Of a stretch of DNA of 64,000 nucleotides, positions 27,630-36,679 are shown in pieces (the first letter of the stretch is position 1; every line of letters begins with the position of its first letter). Both the position numbers and the translations under genes were made by a program. Where the stretch lies: sequence record NC_028899.1; one strand, given 5' to 3'. Under the pieces are notes generated by a model. It saw only the letters and a program-made list of their open reading frames with translations. It had not been told where the DNA came from and did no database searches.

Positions 27630-27637
27630 GTAATATA
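27630..27637 (-). promoter_or_regulatory. phiKZ-type early promoter motif TATATTAC
   Basis: Exact match just downstream of a terminator. Confidence 0.75.
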
Positions 27638-27668
27638 TGCCTGACCAAAACTGGAATGAAATTGCGGA

Positions 27669-27703
27669 CATAAGGATACCAGGAGGCACGAAGCCTCCTG
27701 GTA
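27669..27703 (-). terminator. Hairpin + TATG element
   Basis: TACCAGGAGGC-ACGAA-GCCTCCTGGTA with CATA on its left. Confidence 0.75.
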
Positions 27704-27715
27704 CACTCACTCAGA

Positions 27716-27802
27716 CTACACGAACAGCCACGGGAAACACATCTCCCACCATGCTCGCACGGCAATGCCGTAAGCAAGGCCCATCTGTGCCGGAAGCCAC
27801 AT
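27716..27802 (-). CDS. Unannotated 28-aa hydrophobic peptide MWLPAQMGLAYGIAVRAWWEMCFPWLFV
   Basis: AAGGAG RBS 7 nt upstream of the ATG. Sits between the 417-aa gene and its terminator. Confidence 0.6.
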   Translation of the reverse strand: MWLPAQMGLAYGIAVRAWWEMCFPWLFV

Positions 27803-27835
27803 CTTAGATCTCCTTCGTTGTAGATCCAGCGACAG

Positions 27836-29089
27836 TTACACCTGCTCCAGCGCCTTGAACTCGCCGGTGATCTTCGCGATCATGTCGTTCGTCAGCTGGA
27901 AGATGACGCGAGCGATGTACACCGCATGCGAGATCTTTTCGCCTTCTGCGAACGTGTCGTTCAGGTTCTTGTATTCGGACGCGAGGATGCCCGAGTTCAG
28001 AACCTCGTTCACGAACGGCCAGTTCGCCGGATCGGAGATCTTGCGCTCGACGGCGGCCAGGTAGACGCCCTTGTCTTCGGTCGACAGTTCTTCGAAGACT
28101 TGAGCGCACAGCACGACTGTGCCGAGTTCAGCCTGACGCTGCACGTCACGAGCATCCGATGCGATCTGCGCTGCTTGCGAAGCGTTCATCGTGATCGGAT
28201 CGACTTCCTGGGACGCCATTTCGCCGACGAATTGCGCAGCGCCTGCGTCCTGACCGAGTTCGAGTTCTGCTTCGTCGGCCGGTTGTTCTTCCACGACGGG
28301 AGCTTCGACCTTCGGTGCGTCGACGTGTTGTCCGCTCTGCTTGGGCGTGTTCTTCGCCTTCTTGCTGTTGCCGTTCTGCTGGCCCTGGAACTTCTCACCC
28401 AGTGCTTGCAGGCCGGCGCCGACGTAGTTCTTGAACTGGTCTTCGTCGAACGTGATCTTCGGGTTGAATGCGAGCGTCGGCAGGTTGACCTTGATCTTGT
28501 TCAGGATTTCCGCTTGCAGGCGATCCGGGCCGATGAAATCGGCGAGTTCGACCACGGGCGAAACGATCGTGAACGCGAATGCCTGGTCGGCATCGCTGCC
28601 TTCCTTGAGCCACAGCTTGCCCTTGATGCCGGCGACCTTCGGAGCCGACTGCACGCCGCGGATCGCGTTGAAGAACACGAGGTTGCCCAGCGGTACCTGG
28701 ATCGTTTCGACCAGCGGCTTCTTGTTGCCGTGCGAGACCGACGAGTAGTCGACGCGGTTCGTGTTCAGCTGGAGCAGATTGCGGAACAGCGTGACGAGTT
28801 GGCTTTCCGACGGCAGGCTCGGCGCTTCGGTGATGCCGTAGTGGTTCTTGAACGAGTCGCTGTTGACGAGGGCTTGCAGGGCCTGCGCCAGGCGCGTCGT
28901 CAGTTCCTTGACGTTCTTGCGATGCTTCTTCAGTTCCGCGAGATTGCGGTGCAGACGCCAGTAGGCGACATCGCCGTTCGGCAGCTTGACGGCACCCGAG
29001 GGCAGATCGGCCGAGAGCGTGTTGAAGATCTTCGGCAGCGGCAGGAACTGGATGGTCTGGCCTTCGACGGCACGTTGGAGTTTGCTCAT
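27836..29089 (-). CDS. Hypothetical protein, probably highly expressed
   Basis: 417 aa with a strong GC3 codon bias and an acidic disordered linker. Confidence 0.8.
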   Translation of the reverse strand: MSKLQRAVEGQTIQFLPLPKIFNTLSADLPSGAVKLPNGDVAYWRLHRNLAELKKHRKNVKELTTRLAQALQALVNSDSFKNHYGITEAPSLPSESQLVTLFRNLLQLNTNRVDYSSVSHGNKKPLVETIQVPLGNLVFFNAIRGVQSAPKVAGIKGKLWLKEGSDADQAFAFTIVSPVVELADFIGPDRLQAEILNKIKVNLPTLAFNPKITFDEDQFKNYVGAGLQALGEKFQGQQNGNSKKAKNTPKQSGQHVDAPKVEAPVVEEQPADEAELELGQDAGAAQFVGEMASQEVDPITMNASQAAQIASDARDVQRQAELGTVVLCAQVFEELSTEDKGVYLAAVERKISDPANWPFVNEVLNSGILASEYKNLNDTFAEGEKISHAVYIARVIFQLTNDMIAKITGEFKALEQV

Positions 29090-29253
29090 GATGTACTCTG
29101 AGTGAAAAGTTTTGAAAGTCCCAAAATCGGGCGCAAAAGAAATGCCTGGATACGCTCAGACAGCTTTTCCAGCGAATGGATCGTTTTAAGTCAGCACGTG
29201 AAACATATGCGTATCATGCCAAATCATAACAAGCCGACAATAGAAAAAAACTT

Positions 29254-29277
29254 GACAGGAGGCCGAAGCCCCCTGTC
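29254..29277 (-). terminator. Intrinsic terminator
   Basis: GACAGG.GGC-CGAA-GCC.CCTGTC with an A-tract on its left. Confidence 0.65.
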
Positions 29278-29282
29278 TCTTG

Positions 29283-29699
29283 TTATAGCGAGTGGTAGAT
29301 ATGCACAGCCCAGTACATGATCTTTCGCTTGATCCATGGGGTACCGAGTACCTTCATGGCCAATTCGAAAATCTTGTCGACTTCGGTTTGCGTGAGTTTC
29401 AGATCCGGATTGTCTCCGTTCTTCGTCAGTCGCAGATTTTGACAGAGATAGTCATGCAAAACTGCCGCCTGACCGTACACGCCCCAAGGTGGGAAAAGCC
29501 ACCACAGCATGCGTGGAACCGTTGCACCGTCGGTAAAGAAACCATCGGGCACGGTCACATATTTTTGTTCCTCGGTTTCGCCGATGTAAAACGTAAAAGC
29601 ATCATCGGTAAACCAGAGGTCTTTGTCTTTGAGTTTCGACTGGATGGCTGAGTACCGAATGCCAACTTCTTGGTCGAATGACCCCGTCACTACTGCCAT
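29283..29699 (-). CDS. DUF1353-family protein
   Basis: 'TVPDGFFTDGATVPRMLWWLFPPWGVYGQAAVLHDYLC'. ATG 29699 has an AAGGA RBS. Confidence 0.8.
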   Translation of the reverse strand: MAVVTGSFDQEVGIRYSAIQSKLKDKDLWFTDDAFTFYIGETEEQKYVTVPDGFFTDGATVPRMLWWLFPPWGVYGQAAVLHDYLCQNLRLTKNGDNPDLKLTQTEVDKIFELAMKVLGTPWIKRKIMYWAVHIYHSL

Positions 29700-29729
29700 A
29701 GCTTTTCCTTGGCTGTTAAACCAAATGAT

Positions 29730-29763
29730 CATAGACTAGAGAGGGCGAAAGCCCTCTCTAGTC
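29730..29763 (-). terminator. Hairpin + TATG element
   Basis: GACTAGAGAGGGC-GAAA-GCCCTCTCTAGTC with CATAG on its left. Confidence 0.75.
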
Positions 29764-29776
29764 CACGTTTCGTTGA

Positions 29777-30445
29777 TTAAGCCGGCAAGGTGATTTCAGC
29801 CGGGATCGTCGGGAGGTCAGCAGCTGTTGCTGCCTTTGTCACGGCGTCCTTCAATGCCCACCCTGCGCCCAAGAAGCCAAGATACGCTTCGTAGGCTGCA
29901 TCCGACAACTGAATGATCTGTGCCGGCGTACACATGTGGGTGACGTTCTCCCAGTCACGGAACGGCATGACCGGATCCGTGGTACCTTGGGCGGTCAGAG
30001 CATCCGCGCGAATGCGGGCGCTGGCGATATTACCACGATCGCCATCACGCAATTGCACGTGGCCAGCCACGTCGGAGAACGTGAACGAGAAGCCCTTTTC
30101 GAGGGCTGCTGCCAGCTTGGTGTTGATGTCGCTCATCAAGGCTGCCTTGGAGGAAGCCAGTTGAGCCGCGGTTTCGTCCGTCGTGAACGCACGTACGTTC
30201 CAGCCTTGAGACCAGACGCCATTCGCGAAGACGGGATCGCCTTCGGTCACAACGTCGCCCGCAGGCTGGGTAACTTCCGCCACGACGAAATAGCCGAGCG
30301 AATTGAGGTATGCCTCGTCCACTTCGTCCGGAAACGAAGTGTTCGGGTTGTCTTGGCGAACCTGACTCAGAAAAACCGGGTAAGTGTTCGCTTGACCTTC
30401 TGCGCCGATCTTGATCAGGCGCGTCGACAGATTGACGGTCGTCAT
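29777..30445 (-). CDS. Tail-fibre assembly chaperone (DUF4376-like)
   Basis: 222 aa directly after the fibre gene. 'QLRDGDRGNI...FRDWENVTHMCTPAQIIQL'. Confidence 0.7.
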   Translation of the reverse strand: MTTVNLSTRLIKIGAEGQANTYPVFLSQVRQDNPNTSFPDEVDEAYLNSLGYFVVAEVTQPAGDVVTEGDPVFANGVWSQGWNVRAFTTDETAAQLASSKAALMSDINTKLAAALEKGFSFTFSDVAGHVQLRDGDRGNIASARIRADALTAQGTTDPVMPFRDWENVTHMCTPAQIIQLSDAAYEAYLGFLGAGWALKDAVTKAATAADLPTIPAEITLPA

Positions 30446-30460
30446 GTTTATTAGCTCCTA

Positions 30461-33400
30461 TTAGTTCGGAACCGAGCCGACCATTTCCGTACCGTCCCAC
30501 TGGAGGACGATCGTCGTCGTGCTGTTGGTGAAAGGAGGTGCCGAGCCGTCGAACCAACGGATCGAACCAGACGGCAAGTTCCAGGTGAACGCACCGACCT
30601 TACCGTACACCTTGATCACGACCGTGGTACCACGGTTGGCCGCAGGCATGTTGGTGATGTTGATGGTGGTAGCCGCCGTATTTTGAATACGGAACACACG
30701 GGCAACCGAAAGGTCGACCGTACCCACACCGCCCGTGATGGTCACGTCCACAGCGCTGAGCGTGTACGTATCCATGCGAGACCACGCCCCATTCTTCATG
30801 AGGTACTGGCTCGAATCGGTCGGGATGGTATCGAGTACCGGAGCATCGACCCACTCGCCGTTCTTCAACACGTAGATCTTGCCGTCGGTGTTCGACGGAA
30901 GCGCGTTGATGACGTCGGGCAGATTTTGCCAACCGGTATCGGTGTAGGCTTGCCACTTGCCCGTTTGCGACGGGGCATTCAGGTTCCCACCGCCGATATG
31001 GCCCAACGAGGCCCACGTTACCGTGTCGGTCTTGGTGAAGAATTCCTGCGTATTGCTGTTGAAGAAGTAGTCGCCAACACGACCGTCCAGTGCTTGCGGA
31101 TTGCGTGCGAACACGATCCACAACGTACCTTGCGGACCGGTAGCACCGGTATCACCCTTCACACCTTGCAGACCACGCAGACCCTGAATACCTTGCGGAC
31201 CTTGAGCGCCAACCACGTGACCGAGGTTGAACCACTGCGAAGTGGTCGACAACCAGATCCAGCAGTTGTACGTTCCAGGCGTGCTCGAATCCGGAATTGC
31301 GTAACCCGTACCCGCCGTACCCGTTGCCGGGAGTTGCGAGGAATCTGTCAGCGTACCGATGATCGAGATTGCAGGACCAGTCTGGCCTTGAGGGCCAGTT
31401 GCACCATCAGCACCTGCGGGGCCTTGCGGACCAGTCGTCAGGGTGATGTAGTCGTTGATGGTTGCGCCGGCGGGGAGTCGTCCGGCTGCGATTGCTGCGT
31501 CGACCGCAGAAGCGCCGGCAGGACCGACGAGGGTTTGCAGCCAGGCGGCTTGCGTACCCACAAATCCGCCAGCGACGGCTGCTTGGTATGCGCTTTGGCC
31601 AGTTGCCCCAGTGTCACCTTTAACACCTTGAATCCCCTGAGGACCTTGGGGACCTTGGGCTACCGGACCCGCGTCCACCCAGGTCGTGCCATTGTTGATG
31701 AAGATGTGACCGCCGGAGGTAGCCACTTGCGAGAGCGTACCAGCAGGGATGACACCAGCCGATGCAAAGTCGCCAATGTATGCCAGGCTCGTGCCTTGAG
31801 GACCGGTGTTACCCGTGTCGCCCTTGACACCTTGAACGCCCTGAATACCCTGGTCGCCCTTGGGACCAACAAGCGAAGCCAACCACTGTGCCTGAGTGCC
31901 TGCGTAGCCTTGGTTGACTGCGACTTGATAAGCCGAGTCACCTTGCAGACCCTTCAGCGAAGTGAGCCATGCCGTGACATCGCCAGAGAAACCGTTGGCT
32001 ACTGCCACTTCATAAGCCGTTTTACCGTCAGCGCCGACCGGACCTTGCAGACCTTGCGGGCCTTGCACGCCAATCGGACCGTTGTCGACCCAGCCCGACG
32101 TCGCGTCCCACAAGTAAATGTGGTTCGTGTCATTGGTGGTCGCAGCAGCGCCGGTGTTCGTACCCGTGGGCAGAGCAGCAGCGTTTGCGAAAGCGCCGAT
32201 GTACGTGAAGCTCACGCCATCCTTGCCCTTGAGCGAAGCCAGCCATTCCGTGACCGTGCCTGCGAAACCAGCAGCTTGCGCTTGCTGATACGCCGACAGA
32301 CCATTGGTACCGTTCGTACCGTTGGCGCCACGCCACTGGCCCATGTTCACCCATTGGGCGCTCGTGCTGTTCCACACGTAGATGTAACCACCGACTTCGT
32401 AAGCATCGCCATTGGCGTTGCCAGTTGCCGGGAGATTACCTGCCGCGGCAACGGAACCCTTCGCGTTCACCGGTTGACCAACCGGGCCTTGCGGACCCGT
32501 TGCACCATCGGCACCCTTGAAGTTGCCTGCATCTTGCCAGGCAGCACCATCCCACGAGTAGAAATGACCCGCCACACCGTACGTATCGCCGACCTGGTTA
32601 CCCGTAGCCGGCAGCGATGCGACATCCGCTACGTTGCCCTTCGGCGTCATCGGACGACCAGCAGGACCCTGAGCACCGGTTGCACCGGGTGCGCCAGTGT
32701 CGCCCTTCGGACCGACGTTACGGCCCAAATTCACGAACTGGGAATTCACCCAGACGTAGAAGTCGTAGCCGTTGGTGTTGTCGCCAACCAGGTAGCCGTG
32801 GTTGTTCGTGCCGGTTGCAGGCAGATCGGCCGCCGCTGCAACAGTACCGTCTGCAACGAACGAGATCGCCGTATCACCCTTGACGCCTTGCGGGCCGGTG
32901 ATGTACTGCACGAACAGATCCAGCGTGTTGACTTCCGGATGTTGGGCACGGATGACGTCCCATGCCGACGGACCTTGGGCGCCGGTCGCACCAGTCGGAC
33001 CGACAGGACCTTGCAGACCTTCGTTGCCTTGTTCCTGCCAGATCGTGCCCTGCCACACCCACATGGACTTGCCGATGAGCCACGAGTCACCGCTGCGCTG
33101 ACCCGAAGTCGGCAGATATGCCGTCGACGGAAGCGAACCGAGCACCGTGATACCGGAACCGTCCTTACCAGGCAGACCCTGGAAGTTGCCCATGTCGACC
33201 CATTCACCATTCAGGTTCATGAAGACGTGGGTACCGACGAAGAAATAGTCGGATTGCAGGAAGCCCGACGGATCGGGCAGATCTGCGGACGTAGCGACCG
33301 AGCCAACCAGATGGCCGAGGACCGAGCTTTGGCCGGCCGGGCCGACCGCGCCTTGATCACCCTTCGGTCCCTTGAGGGACGTCAGCCAGCTGTTCAGATC

Positions 33401-34027
33401 ACCTACGTAACCCTGGTTGACGGCATCTTCGTACGCGGACTTGCCGTGCAGGGAAAGCAGCCACGTCGGTTCATCACCGACGAAACCGTCGGCAACAGCT
33501 ACTTCGTATGCCGATTTGCCATCGGCGCCGTTCGTACCGTTCGTACCTGCATCGCCCTTGTCGCCTTTGGCGCCTTTGATGCTGGCAAGCCACGTCGGCA
33601 GATCGCCGACAAAGCCTTGAGCAACGGCGTCTTGATACGCGGAGTTACCCGTCGCACCAGTGTCACCTTTCTGGCCTTGAGGGCCTTGATTGCCCTGGAT
33701 GCCTTGGTCACCTTTCGGGCCCTTAAGTGATGCCACCCAGTTGGCTTCCGAGCCAACATAGCCCTGATCAACTGCCGACTGGTATGCGGACTTGCCGTTC
33801 GCACCCTGAAGACTTGCCAACCATTGGGCCTGCGTACCTACGTAACCTGCTGCGACTGCGACCTCGTAGGCCGACTTACCGTTGACGGTAACACCACCCA
33901 ACGGAACCTTCACGCTGGCCGCCTGGCCGACGACATGCACTTCGATATACGAATTCGCAGCGTCGATCTGGCCAGTCAACAAGTCGAGTTCGAGGATGGT
34001 TTTACCCACCACTTGAGTACCTGACAT
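30461..34027 (-). CDS. Collagen-like tail fibre / receptor-binding protein
   Basis: 1188 aa from ATG 34027 (GGAG RBS). Many Gly-X-Y tracts interleaved with 'G.SAY..AV..G..G....WL.SL.G' and 'G....A.LP..G...GD.Y....W...G' repeats. Confidence 0.85.
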   Translation of the reverse strand: MSGTQVVGKTILELDLLTGQIDAANSYIEVHVVGQAASVKVPLGGVTVNGKSAYEVAVAAGYVGTQAQWLASLQGANGKSAYQSAVDQGYVGSEANWVASLKGPKGDQGIQGNQGPQGQKGDTGATGNSAYQDAVAQGFVGDLPTWLASIKGAKGDKGDAGTNGTNGADGKSAYEVAVADGFVGDEPTWLLSLHGKSAYEDAVNQGYVGDLNSWLTSLKGPKGDQGAVGPAGQSSVLGHLVGSVATSADLPDPSGFLQSDYFFVGTHVFMNLNGEWVDMGNFQGLPGKDGSGITVLGSLPSTAYLPTSGQRSGDSWLIGKSMWVWQGTIWQEQGNEGLQGPVGPTGATGAQGPSAWDVIRAQHPEVNTLDLFVQYITGPQGVKGDTAISFVADGTVAAAADLPATGTNNHGYLVGDNTNGYDFYVWVNSQFVNLGRNVGPKGDTGAPGATGAQGPAGRPMTPKGNVADVASLPATGNQVGDTYGVAGHFYSWDGAAWQDAGNFKGADGATGPQGPVGQPVNAKGSVAAAGNLPATGNANGDAYEVGGYIYVWNSTSAQWVNMGQWRGANGTNGTNGLSAYQQAQAAGFAGTVTEWLASLKGKDGVSFTYIGAFANAAALPTGTNTGAAATTNDTNHIYLWDATSGWVDNGPIGVQGPQGLQGPVGADGKTAYEVAVANGFSGDVTAWLTSLKGLQGDSAYQVAVNQGYAGTQAQWLASLVGPKGDQGIQGVQGVKGDTGNTGPQGTSLAYIGDFASAGVIPAGTLSQVATSGGHIFINNGTTWVDAGPVAQGPQGPQGIQGVKGDTGATGQSAYQAAVAGGFVGTQAAWLQTLVGPAGASAVDAAIAAGRLPAGATINDYITLTTGPQGPAGADGATGPQGQTGPAISIIGTLTDSSQLPATGTAGTGYAIPDSSTPGTYNCWIWLSTTSQWFNLGHVVGAQGPQGIQGLRGLQGVKGDTGATGPQGTLWIVFARNPQALDGRVGDYFFNSNTQEFFTKTDTVTWASLGHIGGGNLNAPSQTGKWQAYTDTGWQNLPDVINALPSNTDGKIYVLKNGEWVDAPVLDTIPTDSSQYLMKNGAWSRMDTYTLSAVDVTITGGVGTVDLSVARVFRIQNTAATTINITNMPAANRGTTVVIKVYGKVGAFTWNLPSGSIRWFDGSAPPFTNSTTTIVLQWDGTEMVGSVPN

Positions 34028-34076
34028 GGAGAACTCCCATTTCCTGTAAAAAATTACTTTTCGTTTGCGAAAAAAA

Positions 34077-35141
34077 TCAGACGTAAGTACGTGCGTCACC
34101 GCCAACGGTGCCTACACGATAACTGCCGTCTCCGACGAGCCGTACGTTCACGATCGTAGGCTGGTCGTATGTGACTTTGAGGGTGTACGTACCCGGAAGC
34201 CAACCGAGAGATGTCGTTTTAAAAGTGATCGGATATTCACTGAGTCCAGGCTGGAATGCCGTGTTCACAATGTCATCTGCGGTCAGGTTCAGACCGAGCG
34301 CAGCGTTGATCTCATCGAGTATGCTGTAAACCGTAAACGGTTCGTTGGGTACGAGCACCGTCGGGATATTCCCATCGGTGAACTGGTCATTGATCGTGCT
34401 CGGGCTGACGCGAGTGTAGTACAACCACTGATCGACATACCCTTGTTTATGCGCATACACAAAAACTCGGGTATTACGACCGGCAGGAGCGACCGAAACG
34501 GTTTCCATGGCACCGAAATCGAAATCGATCATCTCTTGCCAATTCACGTTGCTATCGTGATTGGCGATGCTCGTCAGCTGCGCTTTTTTGTCTGCCTGAA
34601 TGTCGGTCGCTTTAACGAGACCAAACAACAGGTAATTCGGGAACAGCAGATTTTTCTGACCACCGCCCTGGACGTTGATGTAGCGCCATCCCGTCCAGAT
34701 TCTGGAAGTCGGTTTTGCGGTGATGACAAAGTCAGCATCCATTGTGGTATACTCGGTATTCTCCAGATCGTTCTGGCTCAATTGCACGCCGAGCTGACGA
34801 TTGATCTGGTCGAGTATGTCATACGTTTTGAACGGAATTGCGGGAGGGACGATGGTCGTGCCATCCACCACACGCAGTGCTGCGAGAGGAATTCGATGAT
34901 ACAGGAAGCCGGTTACCTTCGGCACCATGCGATAGTCGAATTTCTGTTGAATCTTCGCAGAAATGTAACTGTTGGGATCGTCTTCAATGTCGGGACGCTG
35001 ATCCAGTGCCTGAGGAGTACCGAATACCACCACGGAGGATGGCAGTTTGTACTTGTTAGTTACATAGATCAGATCGCAGAGGGTTTCTGTCTCCGGACGA
35101 TTGAAGTCGTATGTCAGAATGAACTGGAAGATCGATGACAT
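34077..35141 (-). CDS. phiKZ-like tail/baseplate structural protein with a duplicated domain
   Basis: 354 aa from ATG 35141. Repeat 'YHRIPL...PFKTYDILDQINRQLGVQLSQNDLEN' / 'YTRVSP...PFTVYSILDEINAALGLNLTADDIVN'. Confidence 0.7.
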   Translation of the reverse strand: MSSIFQFILTYDFNRPETETLCDLIYVTNKYKLPSSVVVFGTPQALDQRPDIEDDPNSYISAKIQQKFDYRMVPKVTGFLYHRIPLAALRVVDGTTIVPPAIPFKTYDILDQINRQLGVQLSQNDLENTEYTTMDADFVITAKPTSRIWTGWRYINVQGGGQKNLLFPNYLLFGLVKATDIQADKKAQLTSIANHDSNVNWQEMIDFDFGAMETVSVAPAGRNTRVFVYAHKQGYVDQWLYYTRVSPSTINDQFTDGNIPTVLVPNEPFTVYSILDEINAALGLNLTADDIVNTAFQPGLSEYPITFKTTSLGWLPGTYTLKVTYDQPTIVNVRLVGDGSYRVGTVGGDARTYV

Positions 35142-35206
35142 ATGACTCCGTTCGGTGGTTAAAAAAACAAAAAAATATACTCGGCTCAAACGATTAATGC
35201 TGCAGA

Positions 35207-35236
35207 CATACTATCCAGGACTTCAGTCCTGGATAG
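35207..35236 (-). terminator. Hairpin + TATG element
   Basis: CTATCCAGGAC-TTCA-GTCCTGGATAG with CATA on its left. Confidence 0.75.
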
Positions 35237-35250
35237 CAGTCTATGTACTT

Positions 35251-35547
35251 TTACCGAGCCGGCTTACGGGCCGGTGCGATACCACTGTACGAGTACAGGT
35301 GGGTCGCTTCGATGCCTGCCATCTTGGCGTGGAAGAACAGTTCCGTGATCAGTTCCGGTGTCATTTTCGGGGCGATGGTGTGGCCCTTGAAGAAGAACGA
35401 AATCGTGATCGGGTTCTTGGCTCCTTCCTTGAGCCAAGTGCCGACGATGGCGCCGTGCTCGCCTTTACCAGCGGCTTCAGGGCCGAAGAAAACTTCATGC
35501 TTCAGTTCACGGTTCTTGCCGAAAATTGCGCCCAGGATCTTTTTCAT
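35251..35547 (-). CDS. Small hypothetical protein
   Basis: 98 aa, GGAG RBS, GC3-rich. Confidence 0.7.
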   Translation of the reverse strand: MKKILGAIFGKNRELKHEVFFGPEAAGKGEHGAIVGTWLKEGAKNPITISFFFKGHTIAPKMTPELITELFFHAKMAGIEATHLYSYSGIAPARKPAR

Positions 35548-35607
35548 TTGTAAACTCCATTCAACATTTTGAAAGTAGGGGACCGAAGTCCCCCGATTTA
35601 CGACTGT

Positions 35608-36018
35608 TTAGTCGTTGTCGTAATACTGCTGCTCACGCTCATAATCTTCCTGATCTTTCTTCAGGCGATTCTGATGCGTAGGCTGCGTCTTACATCCGTT
35701 GCAGATGAACAACGGTTTGTCACCTTGTGGTGCGTAGAAGTCATACCACTTCCAGAGTACCCCTTCCTTTTTAGGGAAGGACAGATGACAGTCACGACAC
35801 TCATGAGGTTCGTTATCTTCCGCCTCCTGAGCTTTCTCGTCGCATGCTTTGCAGCACACGTGAGAACTGACTGGGCCGAAAGAATCCATCTCTCGACGCA
35901 GTGCAACTGCTAAGTTGATGTCGGCGTCAACATGCTCGCAGCCGCCATCTTCTTCCAGTCGCGCTTGTTTATACTCGGGCGACGATGCCGAGATGTCTGA
36001 GCGAGTGAACCAGTTCAT
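35608..36018 (-). CDS. Cys-rich Zn-finger-like protein
   Basis: 136 aa. 'CEH...CCKAC...CRDC...CNGC'. Confidence 0.7.
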   Translation of the reverse strand: MNWFTRSDISASSPEYKQARLEEDGGCEHVDADINLAVALRREMDSFGPVSSHVCCKACDEKAQEAEDNEPHECRDCHLSFPKKEGVLWKWYDFYAPQGDKPLFICNGCKTQPTHQNRLKKDQEDYEREQQYYDND

Positions 36019-36081
36019 GGTTTTCGCATTCTCCTAAAAAGGTTTTGAGCGAGAGCGATGCTCTCATTTTGGTCCAGCTAT

Positions 36082-36552
36082 TTACATCCCGTACTTGACC
36101 AGCAGGTCGTCGAACTTCCGGAAGAACTCTCCGCGGATGTACGTGACGCCGCCGAACTCGCGAGCACTGACGCGATCGTCGGGATTGATGCGGTAAGCGT
36201 GAAGCATGACGTCTGCGATCATCGGTTCCAGTTTGCGGACGAACGGAGTATTGTAATCCGCATCGAAACCGAAATGGCTGAGAACCGTCAAGTACGTATT
36301 GACGTCGATCGCCGAATGCAGACGAGTCTCGTAAAAGGTACGAGCATCATCGGCCTTGACACGAAAGCTTGCATCCATCAGCCACTTGTCGACTTTGATC
36401 AATGCAACTTCGCTTTTCAAATCGTCGTTCGAAACTGCAAACGGCTGAAAACGAAGATCGACCATGCCGCGTGGAGTACCGCCGAAAGTCTGTTCCATCG
36501 CTTCCTGCATTTCACCGGCGTAAATAACCTGAACCACTTTGATCGTGCTCAT
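36082..36552 (-). CDS. Hypothetical protein
   Basis: 156 aa with a GGAG RBS. Confidence 0.7.
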   Translation of the reverse strand: MSTIKVVQVIYAGEMQEAMEQTFGGTPRGMVDLRFQPFAVSNDDLKSEVALIKVDKWLMDASFRVKADDARTFYETRLHSAIDVNTYLTVLSHFGFDADYNTPFVRKLEPMIADVMLHAYRINPDDRVSAREFGGVTYIRGEFFRKFDDLLVKYGM

Positions 36553-36605
36553 TCCGACTCCATTTTAAAAGGGAACGAAAGCCTTTGTGTGGCTTTATCC
36601 TTTTC

Positions 36606-36613
36606 GTTATATA
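36606..36613 (-). promoter_or_regulatory. Early-promoter-like motif TATATAAC
   Basis: One mismatch to TATATTAC, downstream of a terminator. Confidence 0.5.
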
Positions 36614-36637
36614 TCAATGAAAAAATCTAAAGAGAGA

Positions 36638-36672
36638 CATAGACGAGGATAGGGCTTTCGCCCTATCCCGTC
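36638..36672 (-). terminator. Hairpin + TATG element
   Basis: GGATAGGGC-TTTC-GCCCTATCC with CATAG on its left. Confidence 0.75.
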
Positions 36673-36679
36673 TTTTCGT

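Noticed and set aside
30683-33730. 1015-aa plus-strand ORF
   Set aside because: It is an antisense shadow of the collagen fibre gene. The low stop frequency follows from the sense-strand codon bias, and the translation has no protein-like features.
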